From a candidate division WWE3 bacterium RIFCSPHIGHO2_01_FULL_40_23 (GTDB taxonomy: Bacteria; Patescibacteriota; WWE3; UBA101185; 2-01-FULL-41-18): a stretch of DNA of 64,000 nucleotides. This document shows, piece after piece, positions 56,762-64,000 of this stretch. The translations under genes were made by a program, and so were the position numbers. Numbering within the stretch: the stretch's first letter is position 1; each line of letters begins with the position of its first letter. The notes under the pieces are model-generated. The model saw only the letters and a list, made by a program, of their open reading frames with translations. It ran no database searches and was not told where the DNA came from. Location: assembly GCA_001772615.1 (NCBI GenBank), contig MEUZ01000003.1, positions 182,422-246,421 of the forward strand, in the 5' to 3' direction.

Positions 56762-57610
56762 ATGGAAGAGAAAACAAAAACTACAATAGAACAAGTAGAG
56801 CGCTACTGGTCAAAACAAAGCGAAATGTATCTTAATACAGACGAGAGGGGGTTTGGAGCAGTTATATATTCTGGGATGCCTATTTGGTTCAACAGCTTCT
56901 TTAACCATTACCAGCAAAAAGCTTTTATGACTCTAACTGAAGGAATTAACTTCAGCGGTCTTTCAGCATTAGACGTTGGGTCAGGCGTTGGAAGGTGGTC
57001 CCACATTCTGTATAAAAAGGGTTGCAAGGTTATTGGTATTGATTTCGAGAAAAGTAGGTTACAAAAAGCCAAAAAGAACCCCAATTTGAAGAACATCACC
57101 TTTAAAAACATGTCAGTGGTTAATTTAGAATTCGAAGATAATATTTTTGATTTTACTAATTCAATCACCGTACTACAACACATACCACATGAGAACAAGA
57201 GCACAGCTATAAAAGAAGTATGTAGAGCTACTAAAAAAGGTGGTTATATATTAATAATTGAGTTAATTGATCTTTTCGACGATGCGCCACATGTTTTTCC
57301 CCTATCAGACAAAGGATGGATAGACATATTCGCAAACAACGGCTGTGAACTAATAAAAAAAGTTGGGTGTGAATTTTCTCCACTTTTGAGGATACTAAGA
57401 TACATTAGATACGTTCTAACAAAGAAAAAGAATATAGATAAGAGTACAGGAAGAATAACTTTGAGCAAATTTGAGTTACTTATTATGAGAGTAGTTATCC
57501 TGTTATCTTATCCCATAGAAGAAGTTTGCGTCAGTATTACACCGGCTAAGTACGCCAGACATGGAGGCTATCTTTTTAAAAAGTTGAGCAAACGGAAGAA
57601 GGAATTCTAA
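56762..57610 (+). CDS. class I SAM-dependent methyltransferase
   Basis: ALDVGSGVGRWS motif I; VIGIDFE motif II. Confidence 0.65.
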   Translation: MEEKTKTTIEQVERYWSKQSEMYLNTDERGFGAVIYSGMPIWFNSFFNHYQQKAFMTLTEGINFSGLSALDVGSGVGRWSHILYKKGCKVIGIDFEKSRLQKAKKNPNLKNITFKNMSVVNLEFEDNIFDFTNSITVLQHIPHENKSTAIKEVCRATKKGGYILIIELIDLFDDAPHVFPLSDKGWIDIFANNGCELIKKVGCEFSPLLRILRYIRYVLTKKKNIDKSTGRITLSKFELLIMRVVILLSYPIEEVCVSITPAKYARHGGYLFKKLSKRKKEF

Positions 57611-57663
57611 CAAAAGGTAGATGAAGCGAGATTAGATTTTACAGATAGATACTTGCAAATATT

Positions 57664-58503
57664 ATGTCCAAGGTCCAAATCACAACAGTTATTACAAGGT
57701 ACTCCGAGCCCGATCATATAGTGAGAGACTGTCTAAACTCATTAAAATTGCAGCGTAATGTCAAAGGAGACGTACTCTTCTTAGACCAAAAGGAATCCAG
57801 AGAAATTAAGGATTGGCTAAAAACACAAAATACAGAAAATGTAAGGTTTCAGTATATAAGTATTGAACCGAGGTCACTGTCGTACGCAAGAAATCAGGGC
57901 ACCAAACTAGCAAGTGGTAACTTAGTCGCATTCAGTGATCCAGATTGTGTCCTTAAGCCTAACTGGATGGAAGAACTCATAACAACTTTTAGAAAATTTA
58001 ATGCTTCAATAGTAGGAACGAAAATCACTCCTGTTTGGGGTGCGGAAACTAGCTGGTATCACAAATCAAAAGTGATCCAGGAATTCTACGCTTTGCTCGA
58101 TTTATCCCAGAATTACAAATTGGTAAGTAAGGTTATAGGAGCAAGTTTCGCCCTGGATAAGAATAAAATTAAATCCTCTCCATATTTTGATGAAGGGCTT
58201 GGAAGGAAAGAGGGGATGTTTCTAGGTGGTGAAGAAACAGACTTATGTAAAAGGGTTGTGACTAGTGGGGGGATCGTAGCTTATACTGCAAATACCCAAG
58301 CTCTACATAAAATTCCCAAAGAAAGAATGAACCTCAAGTGGTTGTTTAAGATGGCTTATTTTGGCGGTATAACTAGGGCGATGAGGGGTGGTAAAGTCGA
58401 AACCTTTACCACAAGTTATAACCTTAGAGATAAGGCTGCCATAAGCCTCGTATTACCCTTCTTTGCTTATGGTTATTTTAAAACTAAAATCAAAATCAGC
58501 TGA
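57664..58503 (+). CDS. GT2 family glycosyltransferase
   Basis: VITRYSEP, LVAFSDPDCV (DXD) and rhamnosyl/galactosyl-transferase-like layout. Confidence 0.6.
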   Translation: MSKVQITTVITRYSEPDHIVRDCLNSLKLQRNVKGDVLFLDQKESREIKDWLKTQNTENVRFQYISIEPRSLSYARNQGTKLASGNLVAFSDPDCVLKPNWMEELITTFRKFNASIVGTKITPVWGAETSWYHKSKVIQEFYALLDLSQNYKLVSKVIGASFALDKNKIKSSPYFDEGLGRKEGMFLGGEETDLCKRVVTSGGIVAYTANTQALHKIPKERMNLKWLFKMAYFGGITRAMRGGKVETFTTSYNLRDKAAISLVLPFFAYGYFKTKIKIS

Positions 58504-58545
58504 TTTTTAGAAATCAATTTGATGACCAAACCATAGTATAAGCAA

Positions 58546-60186
58546 GTGCAACTTAGTAATATGAGTTCTCTAGTAAGCCTGATGTCAAAAAGAATTTTCA
58601 TTTTGTTACCATTCTTTGTATTCGGAGGATTTTTGATAGCTTATACCACCATTTCAGCCCAAATCCCTGTTGATGGAGACGGTGGATTTCATGCGGGTGT
58701 TGTTGAATATATAGCCAAAAACGGAACACTAACCGACGTACATCCATATGTTCTGGTAGACCGATACGAACACCTCCCACTCTTTTACCCAAAACTTTTT
58801 TACGTAGAAATGGCTTCTCTATTCACGTTGTTAGGAGATACAACTTTAAAAGCTGTTGTTCCAACAATCGGTATATTTATTGCTATCTTCATCTTTCTTG
58901 TGTCCAGAAGAATTTCAACTAGCAAAGCCGTGCCAATAATTACCAGCTTGGTTGCTCTATCAAGCTTTGGTCTAATAACAAACTCGGTTGATATGTTCCG
59001 TATGGAAACAATGGTCATACTGTTGGGCTTAGCTTCCATCTATTGTTTTTACATGTTTACTCAAGTAAGATCACTCAATTGGTTTGTATGTTCAGTTATT
59101 TTTTTGGCAGCTTGTATTTCTACAAAACAACAAGCGTACATTATTCTCCCGATTTTTCCAATAATAGCAATTAATAAATTACATACTGCTTTTAAAACTA
59201 AGTTGTTTTACACCATAATATTATTTTTCTTTAGCTTTCTTTTAGCTGCACCAATCCTGACTAATCAGTTCCTAGGCACTGGTACACTTTTTTATCCAGG
59301 CGTTCCGTTTATTAACTCCATTGAGCGTCTCACCACTAGTGCTTTAGATATTATAGGACATGAGACGGGTGAAGGTTGGAAAAGGTATGCATTTGAATCG
59401 GACAGAGGTCAGAATTTAAAAATAAAATTTAGTAACCCCGCAAATCACCTCTCATTTCTAAATCCCTTTAGTACTCTCACTACAAAACCATTCTCGGCGG
59501 GTATAAACATACTTCTCATACTTGGATGCTTTATTCTAATTATGAAAGGAAATTTATTTATAGTTATATTTCTCGTTATACAACAACTTCTACTCCACAA
59601 ATTCCCTATTGAGAGATATTACATCCTCAGTCAGATTCTAGCGTCAATGATAATAGGCGTCAGCTTTGAATTCTTTTTTCGATTTCAAAAATTAAAATTC
59701 ATTAATGCTCTTATACTAAGCTTTATTCTAATTGGGGTCATCTCATCAACAGTGTACACACTCTCATCATCTTCTTCCATTCCAGATTATTCGTACGGAA
59801 GGCATTACCCGAACAGGCTAAAAGCAACAATTGAATCCGGTAGGTGGTTGGAGAAAAACTCACCTAAAAACGCAACAGTTATTACACCTCGTGCTTACTT
59901 AGACTCCTATTATGCAAAGCGAGATAGCCTTTGGTTAAACCAGTTGGGGGGTGAAGAAATTTATGAAGCCTTCTTAAACAACGATGTCAACAAAATCTAC
60001 ACAATTTCCAAGAGCTATCCAAGTAGTTACATTCTATTGCCTGAGTTCTGGATTGTTAACGGTTCTGCTGACGGTATGTGGATTCCTTTTATCGAAAGGG
60101 AAACAGTCAACAAGATTAAGGAAAGAAATGATTACTTTGAGCCAGTTTACGATGATGGCCTAGTAAGCATTTTCAAAGTTAAATGA
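58546..60186 (+). CDS. polytopic membrane protein with C-terminal extracytoplasmic domain, probable GT-C fold glycosyltransferase or oligosaccharyl-transferase/polymerase-like
   Basis: At least 11 TM helices, an acidic first loop (PVDGDGGFHAG), and a soluble C-terminal domain of about 170 aa. Confidence 0.4.
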   Translation: MQLSNMSSLVSLMSKRIFILLPFFVFGGFLIAYTTISAQIPVDGDGGFHAGVVEYIAKNGTLTDVHPYVLVDRYEHLPLFYPKLFYVEMASLFTLLGDTTLKAVVPTIGIFIAIFIFLVSRRISTSKAVPIITSLVALSSFGLITNSVDMFRMETMVILLGLASIYCFYMFTQVRSLNWFVCSVIFLAACISTKQQAYIILPIFPIIAINKLHTAFKTKLFYTIILFFFSFLLAAPILTNQFLGTGTLFYPGVPFINSIERLTTSALDIIGHETGEGWKRYAFESDRGQNLKIKFSNPANHLSFLNPFSTLTTKPFSAGINILLILGCFILIMKGNLFIVIFLVIQQLLLHKFPIERYYILSQILASMIIGVSFEFFFRFQKLKFINALILSFILIGVISSTVYTLSSSSSIPDYSYGRHYPNRLKATIESGRWLEKNSPKNATVITPRAYLDSYYAKRDSLWLNQLGGEEIYEAFLNNDVNKIYTISKSYPSSYILLPEFWIVNGSADGMWIPFIERETVNKIKERNDYFEPVYDDGLVSIFKVK

Positions 60187-60237
60187 TAAAAATTTAACAG
60201 TATAACCGACAGGGAATTTTAGATATATAAATTTGTT

Positions 60238-61665
60238 ATGATAACAGAAACATATAAAGGTACATCTTACTTATTACTCTCTTCTTTATTTTTTATTGCT
60301 TCTGGTTACTTGATAAACATATTTCTTGGAAGAAGGCTAGGACCAGAGTTGTACGGTGTCTATGGTGTTGTAATCGCCTTTTGGAGCGGGGTGAACCTTA
60401 TTCTTACAGCAGGGCTTCCGCAAGCTGTTTCCAAATTCGTCTCGGAAGATGAAAAAAACGCAGAAAGCATCCTTAAAAGCGCCATTAATCTTCAGGCTAT
60501 CGGAGTTCTTATAATCGGAGTGATTTATTATCTACTTGCAGAAACCGTCGCATCGGCCTTCAAAGACCCGACGCTAATACCTTATTTAAAACTCTCATCA
60601 TTTATCTTTCCTTTTTACAGCTTCTATTCCATTTACACCAGCTATTACAACGGCCTTCACGCATTTAAAAAGCAATCTTTCATGACCATCATTTATTCAC
60701 TAGCTAAACTGGTTTCAATAATCGGCCTGTCAATTAACTTTAAACTTTATGGAGCAATCTTTGGCTTTATCATTGCTCCGACTGTCGCATTACTCACCGG
60801 CTTTCACTTCCCAAAAACCGTAACACACCAAATCTTTCCATATAAAAAGTTACTTCTTTTTTCTCTACCTCTTATCGGCTTCACTGTTTTTGCAACACTT
60901 CAGCAATCTATTGATCTCTTTTTAGTTAAAGCTCTAATCCATTCAGGTGAATCGGCCGGTTTCTACACAGCAGTTCAAAATATCTCTAAAATCCCCTTAT
61001 TTGCCTTAAGCGCTTTCTCGCTTGTGTTATTTCCAACCATTTCAAGAAGCGTTGCCCAAAATCAGCATGAGAAAGCCACAGCTTTAATTCAACACTCCCT
61101 AAGGCTCGTTTTGCTGGTGCTCACCCCTGGCATACTTTTAATATCGGCAACAAGCAAAGAACTTGTAACCTTACTTTTTTCCAAAACTTATCTTCCCGCC
61201 GCCTATCCTCTCTCAATCTTAATAATCGGTTTTGGCTTCTTAACCCTTTCACACATCCTCTCAAATATCTTAAGCGGCAGCGGCTCTCCTAAAACTCCCC
61301 TTTATATTTCACTCATTGGAGCCTTTCTTAGCGGGTTTTTTTGCTATCTACTCATTCCAGAATTCGGTTTGGTAGGGGCTGCTCTTGCAAGCACCCTGGC
61401 AAGCGGTATCGGATTCCTCCTCTTAGCGCTACTCGTTTACAAAAAATTTAAAGTCTTCACTTCTTTTACAAGCTTTGGAAAAGTGCTTCTTGCTTCATCT
61501 ATAGTCTTTTTCATCACCAAGGCTATAAACCCCTCGCCGCTAAAACTTATTCTTCTTTATCCGCTTATGTTTACAATTTATACAATAATACTTATCCTGG
61601 TGAAGGAAATCTCAAGACAAGACCTAAACTATTTAAAAGACGCGGTGTTTAAAAGAAAGCTATGA
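60238..61665 (+). CDS. Wzx-like polysaccharide/oligosaccharide flippase (MOP superfamily, polysaccharide biosynthesis protein)
   Basis: About 14 TM helices and the Polysacc_synt-like N-terminal pattern (LLSSLFFIASGYLINIFLGRRLGPELYGVYG). Confidence 0.6.
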   Translation: MITETYKGTSYLLLSSLFFIASGYLINIFLGRRLGPELYGVYGVVIAFWSGVNLILTAGLPQAVSKFVSEDEKNAESILKSAINLQAIGVLIIGVIYYLLAETVASAFKDPTLIPYLKLSSFIFPFYSFYSIYTSYYNGLHAFKKQSFMTIIYSLAKLVSIIGLSINFKLYGAIFGFIIAPTVALLTGFHFPKTVTHQIFPYKKLLLFSLPLIGFTVFATLQQSIDLFLVKALIHSGESAGFYTAVQNISKIPLFALSAFSLVLFPTISRSVAQNQHEKATALIQHSLRLVLLVLTPGILLISATSKELVTLLFSKTYLPAAYPLSILIIGFGFLTLSHILSNILSGSGSPKTPLYISLIGAFLSGFFCYLLIPEFGLVGAALASTLASGIGFLLLALLVYKKFKVFTSFTSFGKVLLASSIVFFITKAINPSPLKLILLYPLMFTIYTIILILVKEISRQDLNYLKDAVFKRKL

Positions 61666-63095
61666 CTGTCCATAAAAAGGCCATAAAACTTGCTGTCTTT
61701 GTGCTAACCGGGCTGTTGGGGCTTTATGTTGTAATTCAAAACATAAACCCATTCGGTAAGGTGGCCGCATACAGCCTCGCTACCAAGGGTTTGTCCCAGC
61801 TTTCCCCTAAAGATAGAGTTACACAACAAGACGGGGTCCAAAAGCAAACCGGAGATTTAATATACTTCACTACCGATTTTCCTACCGAGTTTGATGAAGC
61901 TAAAGTCACAATCACCTTTAAAAATTCAACCCCTAACCAGCAGATTCATTTAGGTTTTAAGGATGAAGAAAAATACCACTACCAGACAAAGCCCATTGAT
62001 AATTCAAGTATTTCGGTTTTGGGGTGGAGCACAATCGGCGCAAACCCTGTGCTTTATCAAAAAAACAAAGTTTATGCAGATACTAACGAATTTCTTACTA
62101 CTCCCCCAACAGACGCCATAATCGGACTTCTTAATTTTGACAGGAACAACTTCACAACTGAAAGCATTAGACTGAACGACTACAAACCAAGTGATACTTT
62201 AACCGTCATTTCTTCACCCTTAAGAGGAAATACCACAATGTATGTTTACCTAAAAGATGAACCCTTTAGAATGTGGATCAAAAAGCAGGATTTGAATTGG
62301 TACAAAGGGCCTGATCCCTTGACAATCAAAGTTTATGATTCAGCCGGAGATCTTGTTTACACCCAAACACAAGATGATGATGGCATTGCCGACGCTTCAA
62401 AAGAAGTATTGCCTGAAAAAGAGATCTACGTGGAAAACCCCGGCCCGGGCCAGCCCGAAGAGGGCGTCTATAAAATAATATTTGAAAGCCAGGACTTATT
62501 AATAAAAGAGATAAAAACAAATCTTCATAAAATAGTATTTGAAGGCCCGCTGTTTGCCGCCGGAAACAGCAAGGTTTACAAAGGGGCAGTAGAAAATATG
62601 GAGCCTCTAACTTTGTTTTCCAATGCTTTGCTTCTTAAGGCTCTTACTCTGCATAATGAGACCACCCAAAGTATTCGGCTCAATGACAGGGACTTCCCTC
62701 TTGTCAAAGCGCATACAACCGAGGTTATAACTCCAAAAATAGGTGAATTTACTTTGACAGCGCCAAAAAGTGACGTGATACTAAAGGGGATTGGGTATTT
62801 TGCCTTTACTAAAGAGCAATTTTTCCTCCCAACCTCATACCATTTTTTAAACATAGAGGAACCGTCGGATGTACAGTGGGCTGATTACATAATCTCAAAT
62901 TACAAAGCTCCAAGAATAGAGGGAGACTGGAAAGTAGCTGAACAGACATTTGATCTTGCAAAAGCCGTGCCGGATAAGAATAAGCTTAGCTGGCTGATCA
63001 AATCCCCCAATCTAAAAGAGTCTTCAGGAAGCGTAGAAATCAAGGACATTGAAGTGACCTATACCAAAAAGCCGATGATTAAAAAGCTGTTCTAA
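61662..63095 (+). CDS. hypothetical membrane-anchored extracytoplasmic protein
   Basis: N-terminal TM, beta-rich body, no motif; translationally coupled to the flippase. Confidence 0.35.
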   Translation: MTVHKKAIKLAVFVLTGLLGLYVVIQNINPFGKVAAYSLATKGLSQLSPKDRVTQQDGVQKQTGDLIYFTTDFPTEFDEAKVTITFKNSTPNQQIHLGFKDEEKYHYQTKPIDNSSISVLGWSTIGANPVLYQKNKVYADTNEFLTTPPTDAIIGLLNFDRNNFTTESIRLNDYKPSDTLTVISSPLRGNTTMYVYLKDEPFRMWIKKQDLNWYKGPDPLTIKVYDSAGDLVYTQTQDDDGIADASKEVLPEKEIYVENPGPGQPEEGVYKIIFESQDLLIKEIKTNLHKIVFEGPLFAAGNSKVYKGAVENMEPLTLFSNALLLKALTLHNETTQSIRLNDRDFPLVKAHTTEVITPKIGEFTLTAPKSDVILKGIGYFAFTKEQFFLPTSYHFLNIEEPSDVQWADYIISNYKAPRIEGDWKVAEQTFDLAKAVPDKNKLSWLIKSPNLKESSGSVEIKDIEVTYTKKPMIKKLF

Positions 63096-63121
63096 GCGGC
63101 GCCGTCATTGACAGGAATGAC

Positions 63122-63415
63122 ATGGAAATAATTAATTTCTTGTATATCTTAACATCTTCAGTTTATATCCTATATCTTCCGGGATTAATGGTATCTTATG
63201 TGTTTTTTGAAAAAGGAAAAATAGATTTGATAGAAAGGATAGCTCTTTCATTTGCCCTTTCAATCTCCACTGTACCGCTTTTGGTCTTTTACTTAAACCT
63301 CCTCGGGGTTAAAATCACACGGGTTTCCGTTATACTGGATGTTCTTTTTATTATATTGGTTTCGGCAGTAGTCAGGTTTATAAAAAATGGGAAAAACACT
63401 AAAACTAATCTTTAA
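63122..63415 (+). CDS. small membrane protein (97 aa)
   Basis: Three TM helices; last genes of the co-directional cluster; GtrA-like flippase is one possibility. Confidence 0.3.
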   Translation: MEIINFLYILTSSVYILYLPGLMVSYVFFEKGKIDLIERIALSFALSISTVPLLVFYLNLLGVKITRVSVILDVLFIILVSAVVRFIKNGKNTKTNL

Positions 63416-63761
63416 AGAATTATTTAACGCTTCTTTGTGCATCTATTTACTGGCGCTTTTGGCAGAGGTAGTGCGGGAAGGCATTATTACAAATGTTTTT
63501 AACCTCAATATTCTTTTGATGGTGGTGGTTGTGTTTGGAATTCTGACTACGCTATTTAAAGTTGAGGATGAAGACTTGGAGCAAATGGACAAGAAGTTTA
63601 CCGAAAAAGATTTATACCTAACAATAATCCTAAGCCTGGGAGCAGGATTTTTAATTTACTATAAAACGGCATCGCTTGGCGTGATTTCGTACTTTATCTC
63701 TGCAGGTACAGCCGTTTTAATAATCCTCTTAACTACACTTATCTTCACCTCGGAAAATTAA
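63387..63761 (+). CDS. small membrane protein (124 aa)
   Basis: Four TM helices; overlaps the previous ORF. Confidence 0.3.
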   Translation: MGKTLKLIFKELFNASLCIYLLALLAEVVREGIITNVFNLNILLMVVVVFGILTTLFKVEDEDLEQMDKKFTEKDLYLTIILSLGAGFLIYYKTASLGVISYFISAGTAVLIILLTTLIFTSEN

Positions 63762-64000
63762 CCACTAAAATAACGCAAAAGTAAGTGGAAGATATACCCG
63801 AAGTAAAAGAGCCTGTCCTTAAGAGTTTATATTATGGGTGGGGTTGCACTGACCCTGGAGGCCCAGAGTGACAGTGGTTTTTGTCGCCGAAGCCCCAGCC
63901 GGGTTTACAGCCGTTGGCATCGACCTTCCCACCTCTCGCAGCGAAGACTCCCTGGGTCAGGAGCAGGAACGCTGCTGAAATTAGTACTATGACAGATACT

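Noticed and set aside
63830-64000. SRP RNA helix-8-like string GGGUCAGGAGCAGGAACGCUGCUG
   Set aside because: Order of the conserved elements and the predicted hairpin (5-nt GAACG loop) do not fit the canonical SRP domain IV. Kept only as a generic structured-RNA candidate.
1-64000. CRISPR arrays, rRNA genes, additional tRNAs, integrase or recombinase genes at the island boundary
   Set aside because: No regularly spaced direct repeats, no rRNA-like conserved strings, no second cloverleaf and no tyrosine/serine recombinase motifs were seen by eye. A direct repeat of the tRNA 3' end at the far end of the glycosylation cluster was not found.

Overview
The window is a gene-dense, low-GC bacterial chromosomal segment. 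Coding density, many small membrane ORFs, an archaeal/eukaryotic-type short AspRS, RNase Y plus YmdB, HU, SecDF, a compact RNase P RNA, and no visible fatty-acid synthesis genes suggest a small-genome Gram-positive-like or candidate-phyla-type organism; that is inference only. Housekeeping genes recognised by motif include gltX, aspS, recA-recX, rny-ymdB, hup, secD/secF, recJ, pgi, miaA/miaB, yifB/comM-like, RNase P RNA and one tRNA-Pro. Four accessory blocks stand out. (1) At 318-4924, a phosphopantetheinyl transferase sits next to an 841-aa fusion of fatty-acyl-AMP ligase, embedded acyl-carrier domain and PlsC-type acyltransferase, with an alpha/beta hydrolase and a glycerophosphodiester phosphodiesterase. 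This looks like a self-contained lipid salvage and reacylation module. (2) A 1133-aa acidic, repeat-rich surface protein has a signal peptide and a Pro/Glu-rich linker, TM and basic tail at the C-terminus. (3) A Doc/AbrB-MazE toxin-antitoxin pair with an operator palindrome lies immediately upstream of tRNA-Pro. (4) Downstream of the tRNA, about 12 kb of co-directional ORFs (51629-63761), about 10 kb of them (53022-63761) glycosylation genes, encode two GT-C-type polytopic membrane proteins, a Dpm1/GtrB-like polyprenyl-phosphate sugar synthase, GT4 and GT2 transferases, two SAM methyltransferases and a Wzx-like flippase. This is a candidate lipid-linked surface glycosylation system. Several structured non-coding regions are flagged: the aspS leader with promoter and intrinsic attenuator (candidate T-box), a promoter-to-terminator-delimited small RNA candidate near hup, a 600-bp structured intergenic region, and a GC-rich structured tail at the window end. 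No CRISPR arrays or rRNA genes were seen. Every functional call rests on motifs read by eye from the translations; no database searches were run.
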